DNA of 63,256 bases, the filler included, from Basidiobolus ranarum (taxonomy: Eukaryota): assembly GCA_040143965.1 (NCBI GenBank). It is 44 parts of 44 records of this genome, joined end to end, with 100 filler letters (N's around TTAATTAATTAA, not from the genome) between each part and the next. Parts side by side here need not be neighbours in the genome. Positions count along the whole stretch, not along the records: positions 34,622 to 35,960 come from JASJQH010012359.1; positions 36,061 to 37,399 come from JASJQH010012360.1; positions 37,500 to 38,837 come from JASJQH010012361.1; positions 38,938 to 40,275 come from JASJQH010012362.1; positions 40,376 to 41,713 come from JASJQH010012363.1; positions 41,814 to 43,151 come from JASJQH010012364.1; positions 43,252 to 44,589 come from JASJQH010012365.1; positions 44,690 to 46,027 come from JASJQH010012366.1; 36 more parts are not named here. One strand, written 5' to 3'. The translations under genes and the position numbers were made by a program. Under the pieces are notes generated by a model that was given only the letters and a program-made list of their open reading frames with translations, did not search any database and was not told where the DNA came from. Positions 35,146 through 47,565 of the stretch are shown here, piece after piece; the stretch's first letter is position 1, and every line of letters starts with the position of its first letter.

Positions 35146-35960
35146 TGTGCAACCAGCCTTGCTGAGGTCAAAGCTTAGTCCTTGAGTTGCAGCTTGGCTG
35201 ACAGAGAGTAGATTCTTAGCTATATTTGGTACATAGAGTATGGCATCCAATATTGAAGAGGATGTATCTAAATTTAGGTCTAAATTAAGCATCACTGCAC
35301 CCTAGTGCATAGTCATCACTTAAGTAGACCTCCCTTGTTTAAATTAGTTATAAGCTGGAAAACATATTTTTCTTGTTTGACATATGCCAGGAAGCTCCTG
35401 AATCAGTGTTCCTCATTTCTGAGCCTTCTTTATTGGTTACTGATAGGGCATACACAAATAGATGAGCCCTGTCATTGTTTACTTGATTTGCTTGTTCCAA
35501 TTTTAGCTTTTTGGGCAAAAATCCTACTTGGGCAATCTTTGATTGAGTGGCCTGCTTTCTAGCAATATTTGTATATGATTACTCTCCTATTGGGGGCACC
35601 ATGATTGAAGCCTGTTGAACACTTTGCAGCTCCAAAAATGCCTGTTCTACATTATTTTGCTGAGAATTAGAGCTCATTAATTCCTCATTCACCAGCCTAG
35701 CCCCAATGTATTCCATTGTTAGTGGCTCTGATCTTGATTCTTGACCAATTATGAGTTTCCCAAACTCCACTGGCAGGCTCCCAAGTGGTGTCATGACTAA
35801 GTTTTCATCATTTAAAGGTGATCCAATGGAAGGGAGCTGATCTGCCATAGTTTTGCCTTATTTATATATTTAAGATAGAATCATCTGAATTGAGAGTAAT
35901 TTTGCCTTCAATGTAACCTGTTAGCCAGACCTTTAGTCTCATATTGCCCTTCAAGTGTTT
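35146..35960 (-). mobile_element. Another copia family gag-protease (host of the family B insertion)
   Basis: MADQLPSIGSPLNDENLVM; homologous to 45170-45970. Confidence 0.9.
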
Positions 35961-36068
35961 NNNNNNNNNNNNNNNNNNNNNNNNNNNNNNNNNNNNNNNN
36001 NNNNTTAATTAATTAANNNNNNNNNNNNNNNNNNNNNNNNNNNNNNNNNNNNNNNNNNNNGCATACAA

Positions 36069-36141
36069 GGACTGGTAGCTCAGTGGTTAGAGCACCTTGC
36101 TAGAGTGAAGGAGGCCCCAGGTTCAAATCCTGGCCAGACCA
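36069..36141 (+). pseudogene. tRNA-derived pseudogene or SINE head
   Basis: 73-nt cloverleaf with A box TAGCTCAGTGG and B box GGTTCAAATCC; mismatches in acceptor (A.A) and anticodon (G.G) stems. Confidence 0.75.
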
Positions 36142-37499
36142 ATATTTCTCCCTAAATAATTTCAACAGTTTATTCTAACTTAAGTAAGTTCACATCAGAC
36201 TACAGTAATTAAATCAGGTAATATATGGTCTAAGAGATGGTTGTTAAATGTAGTTTGGTATCCATACACATGTTACAAATTGATCAACTTCAAAAGGAAC
36301 AAATCTTCCAGAATCAACACTGGAGATATATTGGCATTTTAGAGTTAAACAAAGGAAACCTACCAAATATGCACAAACAAGTGTAGCAGATTCAAAGACC
36401 TTGTGATCTCTGTGGTAGGATGCTAACAACTTTTATCCAAGGAGCTAAGTGTATATAGAATGGATTTATCAACCTTGTAGCAGTAGTGTCTCAAAGCAAA
36501 GTATATTTACCACCCTAAAGTCTCTCTTCAATTGAGCAGATTGTACCTAGAGTTCTTGACAAAATATCACCAACATGTATATAGGATTAGAAGAGTACTA
36601 ATAACTTATATAAAGCTGGAACTAGAGATCCTGGTTTTATATTTTAGACCAAGATTACATGAATATAGTAGTGAGAAGGAAATAATGTACTACATTGTCT
36701 GACTGATAAAAGCAAATATTTTAATACTTGAAGAGAAAGTGGAATCATATCCAAAATAAATAAGTGCATGTTTCTACTATTGAAGTATACTATCACCTAG
36801 TACTAGTTCAGATTGATGTTTTCTCAAATTTGTTAGATACAAAATCAATCGGGTGTTATCACATAATCAAACCAAGGCAACAACATGATGAGAATAAGTA
36901 TAAGTTGCAGGAACGTTGAAGACACCCAGATATTATTTCATCCATTGTCAACTATCAAAAGCTAATTCCATTAGACTCTTTGTTGGCACTTGAATATATA
37001 CAAACATATTTGTGGTTATTAAATCAAGAATGAAGGGGCGCTCTGGTTAATGCAATGATGGATATCTGAAATTGCAAGCACTATATACAGGGCTCGATTT
37101 AGCTCTACCCGGTCAAACAAATACTCCGCCCATTAGCGGTTTGAGGTCAAAAATCTCAGGTGATTCTAAGGGCCATGATCAGCTGATCGGTAAGAGATCC
37201 CAAGTCGGACTTGAACCAGACATGCCAAGGAACATACAGACTAATAGACAGGACTACCCTACATCGCATGTATGTTGTGATAGATGCAATTACAGAATGA
37301 ACCATGCCCCTACCATGAGTTGAGTTTCACCATTCATGGATAGCATGATGATCAGTCTGTGGACAAGGCCGAGCTACAAAACATACCCACTCAATTATGN
37401 NNNNNNNNNNNNNNNNNNNNNNNNNNNNNNNNNNNNNNNNNNNTTAATTAATTAANNNNNNNNNNNNNNNNNNNNNNNNNNNNNNNNNNNNNNNNNNNN

Positions 37500-38410
37500 G
37501 TAGATGTGTCATTGCTTGAATAGATTACCCCATGGCTAAAACAATAATACTGCGTATCTCCATCTATCTCACCAAGAAGTCTGTCTTGCAGCTTTCCTAA
37601 AAATACCGTCGGATTATCACACAAGCAAATTAGTCTGATTATAAAGGTACTTACTCTGTGTCCATGGGTTGGGCTTTGTTGCTGTTAATGTACTCAAACC
37701 TCACATAGCTCCAGATCCAGTGGAATTATCAATTTAGTCCCAAAATCATCTTGCTTTTCATTAAATTTCTTGTATTTTCAGCTCCTAGATGCCCTATCTC
37801 CTATGCCAGATTTTGCAATCTATCTCTTCAGCTTTGGTAGTATTAGCTTGTTCATATATTGGCATATTATAATGAAGCTTATGCAAGTAATTTTGCTTAG
37901 CTCCGGAAGCTACATAATTCCTTTTTTGATCCCTGATTGTTCAGCCATGTGATATGTGATATAGTTAGATGTATAAAGATAGAGATGGCATACACAATAA
38001 AGATAATAAGCTTCAACAAACACCAGACAGAAGGTCTGTTGAGTGTTTTTATTGTGAAGCCACTTTTGGGATACTTCCACTGTGTCTTTCCCTTCAAACT
38101 TTTGAAAATATTCTTCATGAACTTTTATTATTTTTATACATCCTTGTAGGGTGACACTACTTGGTGTGCTTTGTGATATTGGCATGGCATTTTGCTTGCC
38201 TACAGGTTTGAGGCTAACTTCAACACTTTCAAGAGCATCAGTTGAGGTAAGAGATCCAGATATTTTATTTGCTGGTATTTTGGTTTGTTGAGAGGTGCCA
38301 GGTGTTTGAAACATTGCCAACTTTTGCCTTCTTCCAACTGGTGGACTTGGTTGCATGGTAAATCATGCCTTTTGCCAGTATATCTGACTCTGGAAATGCA
38401 GATCTTTCTT
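37500..38410 (-). mobile_element. Mosaic: CACTA transposase, copia G pol, LTR F end, CACTA ORF2
   Basis: Successive blocks match 10115-10240, 6660-6910, 47325-47400 and ORF2. Confidence 0.75.
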
Positions 38411-38667
38411 AACAAATGATGAATTATGGGAGCCAGCAACAAATCTTTCCAATCTCTAAGGAACTTTGCCAGGAGTTTCATGAAGCTGAACCAGAAGAGC
38501 CTAGCCCTATGATGGCTGGAAGCAATAAAGGAGGAGATACTGTCATCATTCTGATCTTGGCACACTCTTCCACTGCAAATAGAACTTGTCTATACTTAGA
38601 AAATGATATCATACTTGCTATGGCATCTTCTCTTGGCAATCTTGTGCTAATTCAACTGTGTTACTAT
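38411..38667 (+). mobile_element. Chromovirus 3' end: chromodomain tail, PPT, start of LTR E (38541)
   Basis: DELWEPATNLS; AAAGGAGGAGATAC; TGTCATCATTCTGATC. Links LTR E to the chromodomain gypsy. Confidence 0.85.
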
Positions 38668-38837
38668 TGAAAAAAGTGTTTAGGGGATTGGTAAGTGTTT
38701 TGGACAAGATTTGGATTTGTGAATTGGACACTTAAGTTTTATCAAATTGAATATGTCCTATTTATAGTTTACTATGAAATAGGACTATTGGACGTGCTTA
38801 GATCATAACAAACATGCCTGTTAAGCATGGGTGAAAA
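38668..38837 (-). repeat. LTR family B, partial
   Basis: TGAAAAAAGTGTTTAGGGGATT matches 34035. Confidence 0.85.
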
Positions 38838-38937
38838 NNNNNNNNNNNNNNNNNNNNNNNNNNNNNNNNNNNNNNNNNNNNTTAATTAATTAANNNNNNN
38901 NNNNNNNNNNNNNNNNNNNNNNNNNNNNNNNNNNNNN

Positions 38938-40086
38938 TTTTTCCTTTTGTGCCAGCAGGTTTGGCTTGGAAGCCAATTTTGACTTTGATTTTGAATGCTT
39001 TTTGAATGGCATTGAGATTTTCAGATGGTAAACTTGGTGTAATGAAATTGCTTAGAAACAGCTGATAATAAACCAAAATTGCCATCCAATACTGGAGATA
39101 TCTTGTAAATCCCCTGATAAATCATCTGTGATGCCATCTCAGAATCAGCTGATGATATTGATGAGCTATATCTAAAATACCACCTTTACATGGGAGGTGC
39201 TCTTTTTCTACAATATCATTCTCATGCTACAACACAAACATACATAGAATCCCTGCTATTATTGTTGCAAATTCTTCTGCTATGAAAACCAGAGGCTTCA
39301 TAGAAAAAATAATCACAAGCATGGTCACTGTACAAAGCCACCAGCTGCACAAAGCCTGGTGTGTAACAACAGTAATAAGTACACTAAATCAACTTTACTT
39401 TTGCCCATTGAGTCCACTGACTGTGGTTTTTTTCAAAGTTTTGGTAACACTGCCAAAAGTCAAGATACCATGGAGTTACCACAGTTGTATGACCAGAATG
39501 ATGTAGGTCAAAATGCAACTTTGGTTGAACCAGTAAGTCCAGACAGCTTTCAGGACTTGCTGCTAGATGTTGACCTTGGTTATTCCAGTACTGATGGTAG
39601 TATATCAAAAGATGAAGAAGAAGGCAATGGCTTTGTTATGGACTCTTTGTTATTGGCAAGCATTAGGCCATTAATAACACTTACTGTGAAGGAAGCAGCT
39701 TTGATTATTGAGGAGTGGAAAGTTCAATCCAATCTTAGCAACCAGGTGTTTACTGGTTTTCTTACACTTTTACAACAGTTGATAGGCAATTGTTGCTTGC
39801 CACAGACCTGGTACAAGTGGAAAGCACTTGTCAATTGTATGACTTATAATACTTCAGTAATTAAACTATCTTCATGTCCAAATGGTTGTTTGGCTTTCAC
39901 CAGTGATCAGAAAAATCTGAAGTAATGTACTGTTTGCACACAATTGGCAATCACCAAATCAGGTAAATCTCATTCATATTTGGCTTACATACCATTGATT
40001 CCCCATCTTAAAGTTTTGATGAAATCACCCAAATATAGATCATTGATCTAATACCAAAGTACTCACCATAAAGCTGATGGTGTTAC
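38938..40086 (+). mobile_element. CACTA spacer plus transposase N-terminal half
   Basis: LPQTWYKWK, SSCPNGCLAF, CTVC, AYIPLIPHL. Confidence 0.9.
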
Positions 40087-40275
40087 TGTTGGATAATCAA
40101 TCTTTATTCAACAACATAGTTAACTTTAGTTATGATACATACATCAGATACAGAAAGCAATGTATCTATAGCCTCTATATTCTAAATAGGAGTAACTCTA
40201 TATCTATATAACAAGTATGTCTTATTACCCCCACTTATCTATTATATCTTATTAAACAAACTCCTGAATATCTCA
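40087..40275 (+). repeat. LTR family D, partial, inserted in CACTA transposase
   Basis: TGTTGGATAATCAATC matches 4997. Confidence 0.88.
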
Positions 40276-40375
40276 NNNNNNNNNNNNNNNNNNNNNNNNN
40301 NNNNNNNNNNNNNNNNNNNTTAATTAATTAANNNNNNNNNNNNNNNNNNNNNNNNNNNNNNNNNNNNNNNNNNNN

Positions 40376-41713
40376 AGTGCATCTTGGGGGCATCTTTGGG
40401 GACATGTATTTGACACTAAAAAATGTGCTATTTGTGCATGGGATAGCAAAATATTTGTTATCAGTGAGTAAAGCAACATCTGTGGGATATAGCTTTAATT
40501 TTGATCAAAATGGCTGTACAATCAGGGCTTAAAGAGGGAATTATATAGCTTCAGGATCTGAGCAAAATAACTTGTATAAACTTCATTATATTAGGCCAAC
40601 ATATGAACAAGTTAATACTGCCACAGTTGAAGATATAGACTGGAAAATCTGGCATAGGAGATTGGTTCATCTTGGACCTGAAAATATGAGAAATTTGATC
40701 AAAAACAAGACAGTTTTGGGACTAAATTTCATATGTCCACAAGATCTGGAGCTATATGAAGGTTGACTATATGGTAGGCAACACAGACAGCCAATTGAGG
40801 GCTCTGGATTGAGCAAAATTGATCAACAATTGGGCCTGATACACTCATATCTGGGTGGCCCATTGCAGAAAAAATCCTCAGGCAGAAAAAGGTATTTAAT
40901 GACCTTTATTGATGATAAGAGAAAGTATACCTTGGTTTACTTTCTGGCCAGTGAGGATGAAGCATTTGAGATCTGCAAAAAATTCAAAGCAATGGTGGAG
41001 ACTAAAACAGGTCTAAAGATTAAGATTATCCATGCTGATAATGGAGGGGTATATACCTCAAAACTCTTCTCTAACTTCAGCTCCACACTTAGGATAAAAG
41101 AGCAGACTACAGTGCCATATTCCCCACAGCATAATAGAGTAGCAGAATGTTCAAACAGAACAACAATGGAAAAGGCACAATCAATGCTTCATGATCAAGA
41201 TTTACCAAAACAATTTTGGGCAGAATTGGTTGGAACTGCAGTAAATAATAGGAATAGATGTTTGTTTATGTCTCTATTGGTTATGACACCTTACCAAACT
41301 TGGTTTGGAAGTAAACCTGATGTAGCTAATCTCAAAGGTCTTCAAAGTACTGCATATGCAATGACTCCAGACCAGAAGATACAGAAATTAGACCCAAAAA
41401 GCCAGATATGTCTTTTTTTGGGACATTATCATGGAACAAAAGAGTACTGACTATATGACACTGAACACAAGTGGCTAATCAAGTCAAGGGATGTGAAATT
41501 TGCTGAAGAAGAAAAATTTTCAATCAAAACAATCCAGGATCAAGAAAAACAATCAAAAATTGATGAAAATTCTTCTTTCTCTCACCAGATCCCAATCAGT
41601 GAGAAAAACATTGAAAATTCTTCACCTGCAGTCTCCTTAACCAAGCCTGAGGTAGTTTCATTACCAAAATTGGTACCAGAAGTTGTAGTGCCAATTTCCT
41701 ACCTTGGGAAATC
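40376..41713 (+). mobile_element. Ty1/copia family G integrase, degenerate
   Basis: WHRRLVH, TFIDD, ADNGGVY, PYSPQHN; homologous to 5782-7050. Confidence 0.95.
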
Positions 41714-42786
41714 NNNNNNNNNNNNNNNNNNNNNNNNNNNNNNNNNNNNNNNNNNNNTTAATTAATTAANNNNNNNNNNNNNNNNNNNNNNNNNNNNNNN
41801 NNNNNNNNNNNNNCTGCAGATTAGACTACGTCGTTATATAGAATTCTGATGGTAAGAGAAATACATATTTTGTTACTATCTATTGAATGCTCACTTACTT
41901 CATCTGATTGGTGTAACTTTTGTTGGTTACTCTGGAAATTTATATATAAGGTTCGGTGCATATGCTCTTAATGTTTAGTGCCTCCCCCTCTAACCATAAT
42001 GACTGAGTGACGCTATCTTGTAAAACCTCATGTCACTTTTATATGCAACAAATCGCTAAAATATCATTACCAACATTGACTGGAGTGAAAATAGCTCATT
42101 AAATATCTTGATCTTTTAAAGTTTTAATCTAAAATTTGTATAGATAAATATAAAATTATAAAAATTCAAAGTACTCTATTTATCACAGTCTTGATCTCCA
42201 TTACCTTTTCCACCCTTTCCGGCATCATAACCACCAGCTTCATTACCGCCGTTATCATCTTCATTGCAAGAACCGTTGCCATTTCCACACATGGTGATTT
42301 TTTCAATGCAATTATATTTGTAGTTGAACTGTTATTGTTGGAGTTGTTGTGATGACAGGATAATATTCCTTGAAGATTCAAGATTATGTCAAATAGTCTC
42401 TGTATTGAGAAGGCAGACACCAATATATTCAAATGTGTTACTAAAGAGTTTGGCACAATTATTCCCCACTACAAACAGCCTTTAGACCAAGAAGATCAAC
42501 TCTATATTTGGTGTAGATGCTACATGTAGTATGGATTTCAAGTAAGGATATCTATGAAACAGAGTTCCAGCCTAAGAAAGTACTGTACAATATGTGAATC
42601 TAGTATTTATCATGTTCTCATAAATTCCATTTATTTATACTTAGTGACAACTCTTAGTGGTTTTTCTTGGCCCTCTTGTAAATTTGAAACAATCATCACA
42701 TTTGTACCTTATGAAAACTCCAGATAGCTTTATAATTGCTGAAGTTAGAGTTGGACAGAGTCTGTATCATTCTGAACATATAGTTT

Positions 42787-43117
42787 TGTTGGAGGATCTT
42801 GACATAATAGGGGTAGACTTTGGGTATTAGAAGCAACTTATGATAGTGTGCTTTAGTTACTTTATTCTTAAGAATATATGGTGACTTATATAGTAGAAAA
42901 GTAAATCACTTGTTTGAGATATTCCGGAGTCTGTGTAATAAGATGTAACAGATAAGTGGGGGTAATAAGATATACTTGTTATATAGATATAGAGATATTC
43001 CTATTTAGAACATAGGGGCTATAGATATGTTGCTTTCTGCTTCTGATATATGTATCATAACTAAAGTCAACTATGATGTTGAATAAAGATTAATTATCCA
43101 ACACCTTCCCTTAATTC
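42787..43117 (-). repeat. 3' LTR family D (42787-43103) with PPT
   Basis: Full 317-bp LTR preceded on the - strand by GAATTAAGGGAAGG. Confidence 0.9.
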
Positions 43118-43251
43118 TTATTCAGCATTGTGCTTATATTCACTAATGCCTNNNNNNNNNNNNNNNNNNNNNNNNNNNNNNNNNNNNNNNNNNNNTTAAT
43201 TAATTAANNNNNNNNNNNNNNNNNNNNNNNNNNNNNNNNNNNNNNNNNNNN

Positions 43252-44289
43252 ACTGTCACTTGGCAAATAGCTGACTCTTGTTACCGTTTACAATGAGAAT
43301 AAGCTCTTGGATTTTTGCAAATTTCCATAAAGAATTCAGCCAAAATATCCCCAACTTGCAGTCAACATATGTCTGTCACAAGTAGATGTGTCATTGCTTT
43401 GAATAGATTACCACATGGCTAAAACAATAATACTGTATATCTCAATCTATCTCACCAAGAAGTCTGTCTTGTAGCTTTCCTAGTAATACCATTAGATTAT
43501 TATATACACAAATTAGTCAAATTATACAGATACTTACTATGTGTCCATGGACTGGACTTTGTTGCTGTTATTGTGCTGAAACAATGCAAAAACCTGTGAG
43601 CACATTGAAAAGAGCCCATTGTTGAAAAGTCAATATACTCTGGAGTCTCTTTAACCCATTGTATTGCATTAATCACTGATTTTGCTGATACATTGTAAAT
43701 CAGATTTGCATATGGTAATACTGAAGATTCCACATAGAGCATCATTTCACTGCAGGTGTGCTCCATTGGGAATTCCCAGAATGTATAACATGGGCCTAAA
43801 ATCTCTAAGCCTTGTGAAAGATGCAGCACGGAATATATTGAATGCTGGCATAGATTCAGTCTGTCTTCTATAAACCTGTCATAAAGTTTTTCATATCAAA
43901 TTATAAAATCTTCACATAGTCACTGAATGTACCTGAGATCTGCCAATGTGAGTTGATGCCATAAAAATACATTAGCACTATTCACAAACAACTCCCAATG
44001 TTGTCAATACTTTTCAGGCAGAAATCTTTCCAAGAATTCCACTTGAATATATATAAATCCAATAATTCCAGTCTTTGCATTTGAATAAATGCCTATGTGA
44101 GTGTATATTGATGGGAGTCCTGGTAAAATATGATGGTATCTTCATGTTTTCAAGCATTTTCCCAATCAATTCAAACTTTCATTCTACCTCAAATGGCTCA
44201 TTAATATTGTATTTCTCACTGAATAGCTGAGTAAGCAGTATTTGAATGTTGTTATATAGAAAGTACATAGTGCTTAATGGCAACCTCTG
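43252..44289 (-). mobile_element. CACTA/EnSpm transposase C-terminal region
   Basis: LGPCYTFWEFPMEHTCSEM..PYANL, the typical GP...W.F.MER motif. Confidence 0.9.
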
Positions 44290-44589
44290 CCCTAACAGAA
44301 ATTTGAGGATTGTTATTGTAGGAAAACCGTCACAATTTTAATCCATTTGGGATTGACCGTTTACTTACCATCATAAAATCATCAAGTTAGATTTGATTTT
44401 AATCAATTTTTTCAGTTTCAGGAGTGAAATTTCAAGATCTGGCAAAATAGTTGCGAATGATTGGCTAAAATCTCAGAAAACTATAGATCAACACATGTGC
44501 AAAAAACGTAACTCAAATTTTACACAATTACCACTTGAATGCTAATTTGTCACCTTCAAAATCCCTAGTCTCTTTGATATATTCTCCTG
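44290..44589 (+). mobile_element. CACTA terminus L inserted in its own transposase
   Basis: CCCTAACAGAAATTTGAGG. Confidence 0.85.
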
Positions 44590-44689
44590 NNNNNNNNNNN
44601 NNNNNNNNNNNNNNNNNNNNNNNNNNNNNNNNNTTAATTAATTAANNNNNNNNNNNNNNNNNNNNNNNNNNNNNNNNNNNNNNNNNNNN

Positions 44690-46027
44690 TTTGATTTGAG
44701 AAAGAATACACAAGTATATCTTGTTTTGTCATCAATAAAGGTCATAAAGTACCTTTTCCCACCCCGTGAGACGTTTTTCATGGGCCCACATAAGTCAGAA
44801 TGAATCAGGGAAAAAGTTTGAGTGGATTCAATCTCTCCAGAACTTGAAAACACCTGTCTGTGATGTTTTCTATATATGCAACCTACATACAGATGCAATT
44901 TGGTGATATTTCCAATTTCCAAGCCTGAAACAAGCTGATTTCAGATCATTTGGGTCAGTGTTTGTTTCCCAATGTGGCCCAATATTCTATGCCATGTTTG
45001 ACAACTTATTTCACCAGTTTTGGCCAAGTTTGCATTCTCAGAACACCATTGGTTGATTTCTAGCTTGTATAACTTTTGAGTTTTGATCCCAGTAACTACT
45101 TTGGTATCATTCTGATCTGTGATAGTGCATCCAGCCTTACTGAACACAAAATTCAATCATTGAGTTGTTGCTTGGCTTACTGAGAGCAGATTTGTGGCTA
45201 TATTTGGTACATATAGTACATCATCTAATTTTGCAGATGGTGCAGCTGAAATTTGGTCCAAATTGAGTACAACTGTGCCCTTACTAACTGCATCTAGTGC
45301 AAAGTCATCACCTAAGTAGACTTTCCTTGTTTAGATTGGTTTTAAGCTGGAAAACCAATCTTTCCTGTTAGACATATGCTGGGAAGCTCCTGGATCAATG
45401 TACCACATTTCCAAGCCTTCTTAGGTGGTTACTGATAGGGCAGACATGAATAGATGATCTCCATCAGTGTTTACTTGATTTGCTTGTTCCAGTTTTAGCT
45501 TTTTGGCAAAATTCCTTTTTCTGCAATCTTTGATTAAATGGTCTGGTTTTTTGCAATACTTGCAGATGATTAAATTCCTAATAGGAGCACCATTATTGAA
45601 GCCTGTTGGATGTTTTACAGCTCCAAAAAATGCCTGTTCAGCATTATTTTACTGAGAATTATATCTCCTTAATGCTTCATTCAAAAGCCTAGCACCATCA
45701 TATTCCATTGTTAATGGCTCTGAACATGACTCTAGGACAATTATGAGGTTCCCAAACTTGTCTGGCAGGCTCCCAAGTAGTGTCATGACTAAGTCATCTT
45801 CATTTAGAGGTGCTCCAATGGATGAGAGCTGATCTGCCATAGTTTTTATCCAATTTATATGATTAAGCATAGAATCATCAGGATTCATCTGAATTGAGAA
45901 CAATTTTCACCTAAGATATAGCCTATTAGCCAGACTTTTAGTCTCATATAGTCCCTCAAGTGTTTCCCAAGCATTTTGGATGTTTTTGGCTGATTGCATG
46001 TGCCTTAATTGAGAATCTCTGCGATGT
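44690..46027 (-). mobile_element. Ty1/copia gag-PR-INT start, degenerate
   Basis: LVMTLLGSLP, WYIDPGASQH, WHRILGH, LIHSDLCGPM. Confidence 0.95.
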
Positions 46028-46169
46028 NNNNNNNNNNNNNNNNNNNNNNNNNNNNNNNNNNNNNNNNNNNNTTAATTAATTAANNNNNNNNNNNNNNNNN
46101 NNNNNNNNNNNNNNNNNNNNNNNNNNNGTGGAATATTAGTCTTTTCATTTTAAAGATTGATAACACACC

Positions 46170-46333
46170 CCCATTCCACACTACACCGTTAAGATACCAT
46201 CAAGAACCCACCATTACACCATCAAAATCCCTGGCAGAATGCAAGCCAGCAATATTGTGACAGTTCTCTGACGGTTTTGCTATTTTGGAGGGTGGATCCA
46301 ATCTGGATCAAATTGATTTTATTTTTGTTAGGG
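46170..46333 (-). mobile_element. CACTA terminus R inserted in copia D
   Basis: ...TGACGGTTTTGC...ATTTTTGTTAGGG. Confidence 0.8.
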
Positions 46334-47324
46334 AATTGTTGCAAAGCTAGAAACAGTCTTAGTTATTGGTGCAATATCCAGCTGATATAGATTCCCAATT
46401 CTTGTTCCAGTTGCTACTATCAAGTCCTTTGATTTGTATATGGTTGCTTTTCCTTGGCCAAATTTGACATCATAATGTTTCTTTTCAATTTTTCCAATTG
46501 AAAACAGATTTGTTGTAAATGATGGAATATACATGACATCTTCCAAGGTTACTAATACACTTTTGGTTTTACTTATTTGTAAGTCAAGTGTGACCTTTCC
46601 CATTCTATATGCAACCAGTTTGTTTCTTCCAGCTACCATGATGTGCAGAGGTTTTATTTCCTTATAGGCATGCATTATGTTTCAATTGTGACACATAAGA
46701 TCACTTGCACCAGAATTTAGAATCCATACATCTGCAGAGTCATTTCCTGATTTAGAGGTTGTCATAAGTACATAGTGTTCATTTCTTCTTGTAGTGGTGA
46801 TATATGCTTCCTTTGTCTTTGAAACACATTTCTTCTTTGATCTGCAATGACATGCTATATGTCCCAGTTTTCCGTATTTGTAACATTTCACAGTGCTCCT
46901 GCTGGTTGGCTATTTTGAGAATAAATGCTTGTGTAGTCTTTGTTTCATCTGCAAGCTGACTTTTGTCTTTCCTTTTCAAATCTTCTTGACTTAGATGAGT
47001 GATCAGATAATGCTGAGTAAGCTTATCCCCAATTGCTTCCAAAGTGAGTACAAGGGCTGAATATGATTCAGGAAGACCATTGATTATGGTAAGAATTATA
47101 TCCATTTCAGGTACTTCATAATTCACTGATTCCAGCTGTTGGGCAAGTTTCTTGATACCATTTACATATGTCATAATATCTGAATCCTCAGACATACAAG
47201 AGTTTAAGAGTTTCTTTGCAGCATCATCAAGCAAGCAAGCCCTTTTTGCTCATGATGTTCCACTAGGATTTCCCATGCATTCTAGGCAGAGTTAGAATCT
47301 CAAACTAGCATAAGTTGTTGTTGT
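46334..47324 (-). mobile_element. Ty1/copia family D gag-PR, degenerate
   Basis: TIINGLPESY, knuckle, VWILNSGASDL; homologous to 17331-17960 and 5600-5681. Confidence 0.93.
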
Positions 47325-47465
47325 TGTTGAAGTTTATTTTCTTTATCATATTTATTATCTCTATCTTTATACACCTAACTATTTCATATATCACATATAA
47401 GTTAGTTAACAATACTTAGTCAAATATCACTTAGCTGAAAATTGGAACATATATTATATATATAT
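47325..47465 (+). repeat. Probable LTR terminus, family F
   Basis: TGTTGAAG start interrupting gag; related reverse copy at about 37930-38017. Confidence 0.55.
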
Positions 47466-47565
47466 NNNNNNNNNNNNNNNNNNNNNNNNNNNNNNNNNNN
47501 NNNNNNNNNTTAATTAATTAANNNNNNNNNNNNNNNNNNNNNNNNNNNNNNNNNNNNNNNNNNNN

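Noticed and set aside
36069-36141. Functional tRNA-Ser(AGA)
   Set aside because: No long variable arm; mismatches in the acceptor and anticodon stems.
42176-42500. Gly/Asn/Asp-rich C-terminus (GNGNGSCNEDDNGGNEAGG) on the - strand
   Set aside because: No continuous frame or recognisable domain; cannot support a gene call.
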